A DNA stretch of 64,000 bases from an uncultured Acidobacteriota bacterium. GTDB taxonomy: Bacteria; Acidobacteriota; UBA4820; DSQY01. The notes under the pieces are model-generated. The model did no database searches. It saw only the letters and a program-made list of their open reading frames with translations, and had not been told where the DNA came from. Of the stretch, positions 9,605 through 19,775 are shown one piece after another. Where the stretch lies: contig CAVYWK010000022.1 of assembly GCA_963772255.1 (NCBI GenBank), positions 65,388 to 129,387 of the forward strand, read 5' to 3'. Positions within the stretch are counted from its first letter, which is position 1. Each line of letters opens with the position of its first letter. A program made the translations under genes and the position numbers.

Positions 9605-10267
9605 CTACTCCCCATCGTCCACCAACCGGCCCTTGTCGAGGAGGATCACGCGGCCGCCCGATTCGGCGATGAGCTGCCGGTCGTGGGTGGCCACCACCAC
9701 CGTGGTGCCCGCGGCGTTCACCTCGCGAAAGAGCGCGAGGATCTCCCTGGCCAGCTCCGGGTCCAGGTTCCCCGTGGGCTCGTCGGCAAGGAGGATCACG
9801 GGGCGGTTGATGAGGGCGCGCGCGATGGCCACCCGCTGCTGCTCTCCTCCCGAGAGCTGCTCGGGGAACGAGGACATGCGATTCTGCAGGCCTACCCAGC
9901 GCAGGGCCTCAAACCCCCGGCGCTTGCGCTCCTTGGCGGGCACGCCCTGGATGGTGAGCACGAGGGCCACGTTTTCGTAGACCGTGCGGGTGGGAATGAG
10001 GCGGAAGTCCTGGAACACCACGCCCACCCGGCGCCTGAAGGCCGGCATCTGGGTCCGTGTGAGGGCCTCCAGGTTCCTTCCGTTCACGAGGATTTGGCCG
10101 GCTGTGGGCCGGGCCTCCCGGATGACCAGCTTGAGCAGGGTGCTCTTCCCGGCGCCGGAGGATCCCGTGATGAAGCAGAACTGGCGCGGGTGGATCGTCA
10201 GGGACACTTCGCTGAGAGCGTGGTGCTCACCGCGGTAGGTCTTGTCCACATTGTAGAAGCGGATCAT
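9605..10267 (-). CDS. ftsE: cell division ATP-binding protein FtsE
   Basis: Starts at MIRFYNVDKTY. It has Walker A GSSGAGKST, the ABC signature LSGGEQQR and Walker B ILLADEP. Confidence 0.9.
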   Translation of the reverse strand: MIRFYNVDKTYRGEHHALSEVSLTIHPRQFCFITGSSGAGKSTLLKLVIREARPTAGQILVNGRNLEALTRTQMPAFRRRVGVVFQDFRLIPTRTVYENVALVLTIQGVPAKERKRRGFEALRWVGLQNRMSSFPEQLSGGEQQRVAIARALINRPVILLADEPTGNLDPELAREILALFREVNAAGTTVVVATHDRQLIAESGGRVILLDKGRLVDDGE

Positions 10268-10403
10268 GGTTGTGGCCAAGCCGGGAGCGGGTAGGCGGAC
10301 ATGCTTCGATGGCCCTCCTCCCTCTCGACCCATGAGCCACTGAAAAGGTCCCCCACGGGACGCCGCCGCTTTGTGGGAGCGCTCTCCAGCGCGCGATCCT
10401 CTC

Positions 10404-11363
10404 TCAGCCCGCCTTGCGCTTCATCAGCTGCCTCGCCTGTTCGGCGATGGATGCGGCGTCGAGGCCGAAGTGCCTGAGGAGCTCCCCGGGCTTGCCGGAG
10501 AAGCCGAATGCATCGCGAACGCCCACGCGGTAAACGGGCACGGGGAAGCGCTCGGAGAGGGTCTCGCACACCGACGAGCCCAGGCCTCCGTAAACGGAGT
10601 GCTCCTCGGCGGTGAGGATGGCGCCCGTCTTGCGGGCCAGCGCCTCCACGGCATCGGCATCGAAGGGTTTGAGGGTGGAGACGTTCAGGACCTCCGCCTC
10701 GATACGCTCCTGGGCCAACAGATCCGCGGCCTCCAGGGCGGCGTGGACCATGAGGCCGCAGGCCACCATGCCGATGTCCTTTCCCTGGCGCACGGTGTGG
10801 GCCTTGCCGAAGGTGAAGGGGCAGGCGTCTTCGGGGTAGAGGACGGGGAACTTCTCGCGGCTCAGGCGGACGAAGAAGGGACCCTGCGCGCCCGCCACGA
10901 AGCGCACGGCGGCCACCGTCTCGGCGTAGTCGCAGGGCACGATGACGCTCATGTGCGGCAGGCCGCGCATGAGCGAGATGTCCTCGAGCATCTGGTGCGA
11001 CCCGCCGTCCTCGCCCACGGTGACTCCCGCGTGCGTCACGACGATCTTGACGTTGGCCTCGCTCAGGCAGACGGACTGGCGGATCTGGTCGTAGCACCGC
11101 CCCGTGCCGAAGACCGCGAAGGTGCTGGCGAAGGGGATGAGCCCCACGGCGGCGAGCCCCGCGGCCGTGCCGATCATGTCCGCCTCCGCCACGCCGGCGT
11201 TGAAAAACCGATCGGGGAACTCCTTGGCGAACCAGTTGGACCGGGTGGAGGAGCTCAGGTCGGCATCGAGGGCGACGATGAGCGGGTTCTCCTTCCCGAG
11301 GGCCAGGAGGGTCTTGCCGTAGGCGTCGCGCAGGGCCTTTTTCTCGGTCTTCGCCTCGCTCAT
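10404..11363 (-). CDS. transketolase, C-terminal (pyrimidine-binding) subunit
   Basis: Begins MSEAKTEKKALRDAYGKTLLALG at ATG 11363. This is the typical second half of a split transketolase. In the given sequence it is in frame with the upstream subunit (ORF 10404..12227). Confidence 0.85.
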   Translation of the reverse strand: MSEAKTEKKALRDAYGKTLLALGKENPLIVALDADLSSSTRSNWFAKEFPDRFFNAGVAEADMIGTAAGLAAVGLIPFASTFAVFGTGRCYDQIRQSVCLSEANVKIVVTHAGVTVGEDGGSHQMLEDISLMRGLPHMSVIVPCDYAETVAAVRFVAGAQGPFFVRLSREKFPVLYPEDACPFTFGKAHTVRQGKDIGMVACGLMVHAALEAADLLAQERIEAEVLNVSTLKPFDADAVEALARKTGAILTAEEHSVYGGLGSSVCETLSERFPVPVYRVGVRDAFGFSGKPGELLRHFGLDAASIAEQARQLMKRKAG

Positions 11364-12206
11364 ACCGCACCTCCCAGGCCGCAGAGGATCTGGTCGAGCT
11401 CCGCGAGTCCCACCCGGAGTTCCTCGTCGTTGGGGGCGCTTGCCGTGGAAGTTCACGTTGTTCTCCATGTAGGACACGTCCTTGCCCTTGACCGTTTCGG
11501 CCACGATGACCGTGGGGGCGCCCTTGGTCTCGCGGGCTTCCTCCAGCGCGCCGAGGATGGCGTCGTAGTCGTGCCCGTCGATGTGGTGAGCGGCCCAGCC
11601 GAAGGCGGCAAACTTTTCGGGGACGGGCTCCTCGTTCTTGATCTCCTCCACCACGCCGTCGATCTGGAGGTGGTTGTGATCCAGGAGGACGCAGAGGTTG
11701 TCGGTCTTCCGGTGGCCAGCGGCCATGATGGCCTCCCAGGTCTGGCCCTCCTGGAGTTCGCCGTCCCCCACCACGCAGTAGACCCGCTGGCTCCCGCCCC
11801 GAAGCTTCAATCCCAGGGCCATGCCGTGGGCCACGCTCAGGCCCTGCCCCAGGCTGCCCGTGGAGATCTCCACGCCGGGCAGGTACTTGCACTCGGGGTG
11901 GCCCTGCAACCTGGACTTGAACTTGCGGAAGGTCAGGAGCTCCTCGTGGGGGAAGTACCCGACTTGGGCGAGGACCCCGTATAGCGCGGGGCTGGCGTGG
12001 CCCTTGGACAGGACGAAGCGGTCCCGCCCCTCCCACTCGGGATCCTTGGGATCCAGGTTCATGTCGTGAAAGTAGAGGCAGGTCATGAGGTCGATGGCGG
12101 AGAGGGACCCGCCGGGATGACCCGATTGGGCCGCGTGGGTCATGACCAAGATGTCCTTCCGGATCGAGGTCGCGATCTGCTTGAGGCGTCTGATTTCGGG
12201 GTCCAT
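11360..12206 (-). CDS. transketolase, N-terminal (TPP-binding) subunit; its 3' end is frameshifted into the downstream subunit
   Basis: Starts MDPEIRRLKQIA (GGAGGG upstream of ATG 12206) and contains GHPGGSLS and GDGELQEG. After FHGK the frame changes at the G5/C5 run 11432-11436. Without the extra base it reads ..PNDEELRVGLAELDQILCGLGGAV, with a stop at 11360 overlapping ATG 11363. Confidence 0.8.
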
Positions 12207-12313
12207 TGTCCCTCCGGGATGATGCAAGGCTTCATCTTAGCGGAGGGGGGGCGCCGGGGCAAGGCGGGGGACGGGATGCGGAATTGGCCTTGGTGATGGC
12301 GGAAAAGTGGAGA

Positions 12314-13937
12314 TCAGCGCTGAGGGCGTCGGAGGTGGCCATAGGGTGGCAGGGTGGTGAGGCGCGGGTCGTCCAGGGGGCTTCCGACGGTGAAGTGGTA
12401 GAGGGACTGAAAGGTCTCGTCTCGGAGCCCGAGGAGACGGTGGACCTCGTCGTCGAAATAGCATCCGATGCCCGTTCCACGAAAGCCCCAGGCCTCGCTT
12501 TCCAGGTAGAGCACCTGCCCGAGGGCGCCCGCCTCCCAGAACAGGTGGCGGTAGGCCCACGGACCCTCTGCCAGCGCTCCCTCGACCTGCGCGATCATGC
12601 CCAGCGAGAACGCCGAATCGGCGGCGATGTCCTGGTGGCAGGAGACGATGCGAGCCACCTGGGACACATCCCCGGCCAGGAGGAGGCTCAGCCGAATGTG
12701 CTGCGGGCAGCCCGGCACGCGGCTCCAGGCCCACCTCGTCCCCATGTGTTCCCGGAGCGCCTCCTCTCCCTCCTCGGACCGCGCCATGAGATAGAGACCC
12801 GGGGCGAGGCCCTGCACGCGGTGAACGAAGAGGGCGAAGTGGACGCGGGGCGGCCACGGAAGGGCGTCCAACGGGGGTACGAGGGGGCGGGGCAAGCACG
12901 CGTCGAGCACGGCGAAGAACGCGTCCGCCGGCATGGCCGTCTCCCCGTCGAAGGCCTGGGCGCTCCGGCGCTGGCGGAACAGGTCGGCCGCCGAGAGACC
13001 CGCGGGGGGAGACAGGGCCTCGGGGAGAAGGGTCGGAGGAGGTGTATCGTGCTGGTTCGGTCGCGCGGTTTGCGGCAAGCACGTTCGGCGGCGTTGATGA
13101 CCTCCCATCGGACATTTCGTGGACTCAACCGGTTGGCGCGCCCCGACCAGGACGAGTTGGCCACCGCCGCGAGCAGTGCATCGGGATCGGGGGGCTCCGT
13201 CCCTGGGCCCGACCCAGAGGATGAGGTCAGGGGTCTCGGGTTCCGCACCTTCAAAATCCTCTTTCCGGTCCAGGCCCAGCAAGCGGGCCAACTCCTCGTC
13301 GCCCCAGTGATCGAGGAGGCGGGCCCGCCACCCCAGCGCCGCCCCTGCATAGCGAAGGGCGGCGAGGGCGTGGCCCGGCATCGTGCTGGCAGTAGCGGTA
13401 GGCTCGCTCTCCGTATTTCCAAGCCTCCCGCCAGTGGATCGAGGAGAGCCCCACGAGAACCCCGCCGGGCGGGAAGGCACCATTCCACTCCGTGCCCGGT
13501 TCGGCGCGGCGCTCGAGGGCGTGATCCCCCGGCGCGTAGTGGTAGATCCCACGGCCCAGCCCGGGCAGGTCGGGGCAGAGGAGATAGCCTTCGGTGGGGT
13601 GCAGGTTTCCGCTGGACGGGTTGCAGCGTAGCGCCCACGAGGACCCGCCGTAGGCCTTCCACGCCGAAAGGCCGAGGGAGACCTCGAAGAGCACTCCAAG
13701 GTTTTCCCCGGTGAGGGGAGCCGTCGGGGTGGTTCCGGGGCGGCGCAGCAGGGCGTACGGCGCATGAAGTCCATCGGCGGCCAGTGCCCAGTCGTGCCTG
13801 GGGGCGCCTGCAAAGATGCGGAAAGGATCGGGCTGGTTCGCCCAATCGAGCCCGTTGGGGCCCCGAGCATAATGGGTCAGGGCGTGCTTGGTCCGCCGGT
13901 GATATTCGCGCACGAGGTCTTCCGGCCGGTCCACCAT
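12314..13937 (-). pseudogene. two-domain SagB-type/nitroreductase-family protein, interrupted by about 3 frameshifts
   Basis: The N-terminal part is in ORF 13251..13937 (EYHRRTKH..SSGNLHPTEGY..AYRYCQHDAG). It continues in the frame of ORF 12314..13870 (HALAALRYAGAALGW..). It probably makes a short excursion into the frame of ORF 12688..13944 (GTEPPDPDALLAAVANSSWSGRANRLSP..). It then returns for the second domain (LFRQRRSAQAFDG..GIGCYFDDEVHRLLGL). Confidence 0.75.
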
Positions 13938-14049
13938 TTTCCACTACCCTCGGAGGTGTTAATGTAACTTATGTGAGCGAGCCCGCATTCCCGGAGTTCC
14001 CTGGCATGAACCACGCGATGGCGTTGTTGAGTGGGCAAAGGAGGTTTTC

Positions 14050-14442
14050 ATGCAGAAAGTGACGGTCCCTTTCTTGGTCGGGATAGTACTGATCGCAGCC
14101 GGAGCCTTGGCGCAGGGGGTGGCACCCAGCTTTGTCGAGGGCGTGCAGCCCATATTTGACCGGGAATGCGTGAAGTGCCACGGAGCCAAGGAAAGAAAGG
14201 GCAAGCTCGACTTGAGCGCTCCGGATTCATACAAAGCCCTGGTGAACGTCCCCTCCCGGGAAGCCCCGGCCACCCTCCGCGTGAAGCCGGGTGACCCCGA
14301 GCAGTCTTACCTCTGGCTGAAACTGGAGCACCGCACCGAAGAGGGAAGCGGAATGCCCAAAGGTTTCTTCTCCGCCAAGAGGCTTGCCCAAAAGGACCTG
14401 GATGTCGTGAAGGCCTGGATCGCCGCGGGAGCCCAACCCTGA
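14050..14442 (+). CDS. secreted monohaem c-type cytochrome domain protein (planctomycete cytochrome C / PSCyt1-like)
   Basis: 130 aa with a signal peptide. VQPIFDRECVKCHGAKERKGKLDLS is the PSCyt1 signature and includes CxxCH. AAGGAGG precedes the ATG. Confidence 0.65.
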   Translation: MQKVTVPFLVGIVLIAAGALAQGVAPSFVEGVQPIFDRECVKCHGAKERKGKLDLSAPDSYKALVNVPSREAPATLRVKPGDPEQSYLWLKLEHRTEEGSGMPKGFFSAKRLAQKDLDVVKAWIAAGAQP

Positions 14443-14745
14443 ACCCATCGTTTCGGTCCCCAACCCGATAAGCGCCGTTTGCCCCACTCTCGGGGCGCGA
14501 TGGCCTTTTAGAAGAGGCTGCGGAAGAACCCTTTCCGTTTCCGTGCTAGCCAGTAATTAGTCATTAATTTATAGCCATTTTTGCCAACAAGCCGCCATCG
14601 ATACAAATTCAAAACTGGGTGATATGCCTCTATTTTCTGGTGAATCCATCGGGGGCCCTTCTGTTTTTCTTTCAAATCGGGCGGAGTTTCACTACAGTAC
14701 CCTCTAACTGCAGCGGAGTGAACCGCTGCCGAGGAGGGACGGATC

Positions 14746-16552
14746 GTGGCGCAAAAGGGGCAAGGGCTATACCGCAATACTACGAGCTATTTTGGCGGGC
14801 TGATCGTCCTGTTCAGCGCCGCCCTGATGATCGCCACCATGCTCTGGGAACTGGGGCTCAAATCTCCGAGCCCCTACCTGGGCATTTTCACCTACATGAT
14901 TTTCCCGGGGGTGCTTTCCTTCGGCGCGCTCCTCTTTTTCTACGGCATGCGCCGCGAGAGCCTGAGGCGCCGCAGGGCGGGATCCGACGAGGCCCTTCCT
15001 TACCCGAGCCTGGATCTCAATGACCCATATCAGCGCAAGCGCTTCGGCATCATCCTGGTGGGCGGCTCCCTGCTCGCCATTCTCATGGCCTTCGTGGGGT
15101 ACAACGCGTTCATCTTCACCGAATCGGTGACCTTCTGCGGGAGGGTCTGCCACACGGTGATGCAGCCCGAGTACGTGGCCTACCTCAACTCGCCGCACGC
15201 CAAGGTGCGTTGCGTGGAGTGCCACGTGGGTTCCGGCGCCCAGTGGTACGTGAAGTCCAAGATGTCGGGTCTCTACCAGGTCTACGCGGTCCTCACGCAC
15301 AGCTACGAGACCCCCATCCCCACCCCCGTCAAGAACCTGCGCCCCGCCCGCGAGACCTGCGAGGAATGTCACTGGCCCCAGAAGTTCTTCGGCGCCCAGC
15401 TCATGCAGATCCCCCATTTCCGGTACGACGAGAAGAACACCCCCGAGCAGATCAGCCTCGTGGTCAAAACGGGCGGAGGTAGCCCCAAGCTGGGCCTGAA
15501 CGCGGGCATCCACTGGCACATGATCATCAACAACACCGTGACCTTCGCGCCCGAGGACGAGCACTACCAGAAGATCCCCTGGGTCCAGGTGAAGCACGCC
15601 GACGGCAGGGTGACGGTTTACACGGACAAGGCCTCGCCGCCCACCGCCGAAGCGCTGGCCGCCATGCCCCGCCACGTCATGGACTGCATGGACTGCCACA
15701 ACCGCCCCTCTCACATCTATCCCGCGCCCGAAACGGCCGTGGACAAGGCCATGGCGGGCGGCGGCATCTCTCCCGACCCTTCCGTGGATCAAGAAGCTGG
15801 CCGTGGACGCGCTGGTCAAGGATTACAAGACCCGCGAGGAGGCCCGCGAAGGCATCCGAAAGGCCGTGGGCGATTTCTATCTGAAGAATTACCCGGAGGT
15901 CATGAGGACCCGGAAGTCCGACGTGGAGGCGGCCGCCCAGGCGGCCTGCGACATCTACGACCACAGCGTCTTCCCCGATATGAACGTGAACTGGACGAGC
16001 TACGCCATGAACATCGGCCACCGCAACTGGCCGGGGTGCTTCCGGTGCCACGACGGCAACCACGTGAGTGCGGACGGCAAGGTGCTGAGCAAGGAATGCA
16101 CGACCTGCCACACCATGCCCCAGCGTGGTCCCCTCGGACCTCTGGGCAGCGCCGTACCCACCAGCAGCGAGAACTGGCACCCCCTGCCCCTCCAGGGCAA
16201 GCACGCCGACCTGCTTTGCAACCGGTGCCACGCCGCGGGCTTCCGCCCTACCATGGACTGCGCCGGGTGCCACAAGCTCAAGGCCGATGCCCCCATGATG
16301 GGCGACTGCACGACTTGCCACAGCGCCCCGGGCGTCAAGCTCCCCCTGGCCGACTGCAAGACCTGCCACGACACGCTGGGGGGGCTCCACAAGAAGGGCG
16401 GCCACCCCGACGCCTCCTGCATCGACTGCCACGCCAAACACGTCTGGACCGTCACCTCGCGCGAGGCTTGCCTCGCCTGTCACGACGACAAGAAGGACCA
16501 CAACGCTCCCACGTTTTGCGGCGATTGCCACGAGTTCAAGGGGAAGGTCTGA
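14746..16552 (+). pseudogene. membrane-anchored multihaem cytochrome c (12 CxxCH + 1 CxxxCH), split by one frameshift
   Basis: ORF 14746..16617 is protein-like only up to ..AMAGGGISPD. The sequence continues in the frame of ORF 15803..16552 (..LPWIKKLAVDALVKDYKTREE..). The shift is at the C-run 15787-15789. Haem motifs: CGRVCH, CVECH, CEECH, CMDCH, CFRCH, CTTCH, CNRCH, CAGCH, CTTCH, CKTCH, CIDCH, CLACH, CGDCH. Confidence 0.8.
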
Positions 16553-16607
16553 TGACGGCGGGCTGCCCTCCTTCAAGAAGGGTCCGGCGGTGGGCGTCTG
16601 AGAGGGG

Positions 16608-17081
16608 ATGTTCATGAACGCCAGGTTCAAGGACAAGGAGCACCTCATCCGCATGGGCGCTCTCTTCGTGGGCGCCTTCGTCCTCTTTCTCATCCTGAGG
16701 GCCGTTTTCGTGCCGAAGGGGTTCGGCGCCTACGGCCACTACCGCGCCGGAGCGCTCGCGGACAACAGGGACCATGCCCTCGCATTCGCGGGACGGCGGG
16801 CGTGCGAGGATTGCCATTCCGATGTGGCCCTCGTCAGGAAGGGAAGCAAGCACGAACGGATCGCCTGCGAAGCCTGCCACGGAGCCCAATCCGCGCACGC
16901 CTCCGCCGACGACCCCGCCGCGACCAAACCCAAACTGCCCGACGCCAAGACCCTCTGCCTCGTGTGCCACCAGGACAACGTGGCCAAGCCCAAGGGATTC
17001 CCTCAGGTCAATCCGAAGGAGCACGGCGACGGTGGGCCGTGCACCTCGTGCCACAAACCTCACCACCCCGAAGTCTCATAG
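16608..17081 (+). CDS. membrane-anchored tetrahaem cytochrome c
   Basis: 157 aa with an N-terminal TM helix and four CxxCH motifs (CEDCH, CEACH, CLVCH, CTSCH). The start could be the second ATG (16614). Confidence 0.8.
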   Translation: MFMNARFKDKEHLIRMGALFVGAFVLFLILRAVFVPKGFGAYGHYRAGALADNRDHALAFAGRRACEDCHSDVALVRKGSKHERIACEACHGAQSAHASADDPAATKPKLPDAKTLCLVCHQDNVAKPKGFPQVNPKEHGDGGPCTSCHKPHHPEVS

Positions 17082-17091
17082 GAGCCAGAGC

Positions 17092-17858
17092 ATGGCCATC
17101 GGACCGCCGGGAATTCCTGAAGACCACGGGGACTTTCCTGATCCTCACGGGGGCGGCCTCCCTCGCCTGGGACCAAATCCTGGCGGGAGAGCCTGAGAAA
17201 GCCCCCAACTACAACATGGCCGACCACTGGTGGGCCATGGCCATCGACATCGAGAAGTGCATCGGATGCGGCAACTGCGTGCGCGCCTGCAAAGCGGAAA
17301 ACGGCGTCCTGCTGGAGCCTTTCTACTTCAGGACCTGGGTGGAGCGCTACCACGTCCCCGAGGGCGAACTCGAACACCCCCAGGTGGACTCGCCCGACGG
17401 CGGCTACGACGGATTCCCGGAGAAGTACAGGCCCGGCGACGGGTCCAAGAACTTCTTCGTCCCGAAGCTCTGCAACCACTGTGCGCACAGCCCGTGCGTG
17501 CAGGTGTGCCCGGTGGGCGCCACCTTCGAGAGCCCCGACGGCGTGGTCCTCGTGGACAAGAGCTACTGCCTGGGCTGCCGCTACTGCGTCCAGGCCTGCC
17601 CTTACGGATGCCGCTACATCGACCCGCGCACCAGCACGGTGGACAAGTGCTCCCTCTGCTACCACCGGATCACGAAGGGCCTCACCACGGCCTGCTGCGA
17701 GACCTGCCCCACGAGTGCCCGCGATGCTGGGCGATCTCAAGGACCCGCTGGACCCCATCCACGAGTTCCTCAGAACGCACAAGGTGCAGGTCCTGAAGCC
17801 GCAGATGGCCACCGGCTCCAAGACTTACTACAACGGCCTCGACGGCTCGGTCAGGTAG
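17092..17858 (+). pseudogene. Tat-exported 4Fe-4S ferredoxin-type subunit (NrfC/HybA/PsrB-like), two frameshifts
   Basis: ATG 17092 gives MAI, then there is an extra base at ~17101. The corrected read is MAIDRREFLKTTGTFLILTGAASLAW, a twin-arginine signal. The body is in ORF 16802..18028 (CIGCGNCVRAC, CNHCAHSPC, CLGCRYCVQACP). A second extra base at ~17722 moves the tail (ARMLGDLKDPLDPIHEFL..GSVR) into the frame of ORF 17481..17858. Confidence 0.8.
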
Positions 17859-17868
17859 GGGGGCGACC

Positions 17869-19050
17869 ATGGAATCCATCCTCTACCACGTCCAGGGCTT
17901 CATGTACCCCAACGAAGTGGAGCTCCAGTGGAGCATCCTCATCGTCCTCTACCCCTTCATCACGGGCCTCGTGGCGGGCGCCTTCATCCTCGCGTCGCTG
18001 GAGCGGGTCTTCAATGTGGAGGCGGTGAAGCCCACCTACCGGCTCGCCCTTCTCACGGCCCTCTCGTTCATGCTGGTGGCGCCCCTGCCCCTCCAACTCC
18101 ACCTGGGACACCCCGAGCGCTCCCTCGAGATGTACCTCACGCCCCACACCTCCTCGGCCATGGCCATGTTCGGCTTCGTCTACCTCTGGTACCTCATGGT
18201 CGTGCTCGTCCTGGAAATCTGGCTCGACTACCGAAAGGACATCGTCCTGCAGGCGCGCGCCACCACGGGCTGGACCCGGAAGCTCTACCGCGCCATGGCG
18301 CTCTGGTCCGACAACATCAGCGAGCGCTCCCTCGAAATCGACGACAAGGTGGGACGGTTCATCACCATCGTGGGCATCCCCTCCGCCTTCCTGCTCCACG
18401 GGTACGTGGGATTCATCTTCGGGTCCATCAAGGCGAACCCCTGGTGGTCCACGCCCCTCATGCCCATCGTCTTCCTCTTCTCGGCCATCGTGTCGGGCAT
18501 CGTGCTCGTGATGCTGATGTACATGGTCGTCTCGTGGGTCCGGAGGACGCCGATCGACATGCGGTGCCTGGACACCATCGGGCGTTACTTCATGTACGCC
18601 TTCATCATCGACTTCTCCCTGGAAATGCTGGACCTGATCCACCGGATCTACGAGGCGGACGAGTCCTTCAAGAGCCTCAACTTCATGGTGCACACCAAGC
18701 TCTACACCTCTCAGGTCATCATCCAGATCGTCATGGGGACGGTGGTGCCCATCGGGGTCCTGGCCCTCATCCAGCTCGTGAGGCTGTCCGACACGGCGCG
18801 GAAGGGCCTCTACGCGCTCGCGGGCGGGCTGGCCATGATGGGCATCTTCGCCATGCGGTGGAACGTGGTCATCGGCGGCCAGCTCTTCTCTAAGAGTCTC
18901 CTGGGGTACACCACCTACAAAATGGCCTTCGCCACGCGGGAGGGGCTCTTGGCCACCGTCATCCTCCTCACGCTGCCCTTCGTGATCCTCTGGGTTCTCG
19001 TCAAGCTCCTGCCCCCTTGGCCGGAGAAGGCCGGGGGCGAAACCCGCTAG
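17869..19050 (+). CDS. NrfD/PsrC-family integral membrane quinone-interacting subunit
   Basis: 393 aa and polytopic, with an NrfD-like N-terminus (LQWSILIVLYPFITGLVAGAFILASL). It directly follows the FeS subunit. Confidence 0.85.
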   Translation: MESILYHVQGFMYPNEVELQWSILIVLYPFITGLVAGAFILASLERVFNVEAVKPTYRLALLTALSFMLVAPLPLQLHLGHPERSLEMYLTPHTSSAMAMFGFVYLWYLMVVLVLEIWLDYRKDIVLQARATTGWTRKLYRAMALWSDNISERSLEIDDKVGRFITIVGIPSAFLLHGYVGFIFGSIKANPWWSTPLMPIVFLFSAIVSGIVLVMLMYMVVSWVRRTPIDMRCLDTIGRYFMYAFIIDFSLEMLDLIHRIYEADESFKSLNFMVHTKLYTSQVIIQIVMGTVVPIGVLALIQLVRLSDTARKGLYALAGGLAMMGIFAMRWNVVIGGQLFSKSLLGYTTYKMAFATREGLLATVILLTLPFVILWVLVKLLPPWPEKAGGETR

Positions 19051-19121
19051 CGCCCGACAGAGCGGGAGGCGCGGGGCCCACCCGCGGGATGGGGTCTTCC
19101 CGCATCAGATGGAGGTAGGAC

Positions 19122-19775
19122 GTGGCCGAGAAGGCTCCGCATGCTCAGGCGGGCGGATTCGTATCGCGGAAGGCGCGCCCCGGGGTCTCCCTGCTCCTTT
19201 GCGCCGCCGTCGCCACTGTGACCGCCGCCGGCTATTCCTGGGCCCAGGCCCCACCCCCTCTTCGCCCAGAGGCCAAAATCCCTCAGGCTAAGGACCCGCA
19301 GGTCGCGGCGAGCGTAGGATCTTCGGGGGGGCAGGATATCCAGGTGCCGCCTCCCCCGTTCACGGAGGGGATTTTCCCCTGCACCCAATGCCACGACGGC
19401 AAGACGGTCAAGCTGAATACCACGCCGCGAAAGCTCGTGGACATGCACGACGACATCGTCCTCAAGCACGGACCAAACCGGTGGTGCCTCGACTGCCACA
19501 GCGCGGAGCACCGGGACCAGTTGCACCTCGTGGACGGCCAGCTCATCGACTTTTCCAAGTCCTATCTCCTTTGCGGGCAGTGCCACGGGGACAAGCTGCG
19601 CGACTGGAGATTGGGGGTCCACGGCAAGCGGACGGGAGAGTGGAACGGCAAGAAGCAGTACCTGCTCTGCGTCAACTGCCATAACCCACACTCGCCCCAT
19701 TTCAAGCCCCTCAAGCCCCTGCCCCCGCCCCTCCATCCAACGGAGATCAACATCCAGCAAGGAGGCCGGCCATGA
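19122..19775 (+). CDS. periplasmic tetrahaem cytochrome c
   Basis: GTG start with GGAGG upstream and a signal peptide. Four CxxCH motifs: CTQCH, CLDCH, CGQCH, CVNCH. Confidence 0.8.
   Translation: MAEKAPHAQAGGFVSRKARPGVSLLLCAAVATVTAAGYSWAQAPPPLRPEAKIPQAKDPQVAASVGSSGGQDIQVPPPPFTEGIFPCTQCHDGKTVKLNTTPRKLVDMHDDIVLKHGPNRWCLDCHSAEHRDQLHLVDGQLIDFSKSYLLCGQCHGDKLRDWRLGVHGKRTGEWNGKKQYLLCVNCHNPHSPHFKPLKPLPPPLHPTEINIQQGGRP

Noticed and set aside
10264-12036. 590-aa minus-strand ORF and 537-aa plus-strand ORF (10371..11984) over the transketolase genes
   Set aside because: These are alternative-frame or antisense shadows of transketolase. They are Arg/Pro/Gly-dominated and have no domains. The transketolase frame explains the region.
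12206-13714. 502-aa plus-strand ORF opposite the nitroreductase-family gene
   Set aside because: It is antisense to recognisable SagB/nitroreductase segments and has low-complexity Arg/Gly/Ala content.
14508-14777. 89-aa minus-strand ORF in the AT-rich island
   Set aside because: It has no RBS and odd composition, and it overlaps the start of the cytochrome gene. It is more likely non-coding regulatory DNA.
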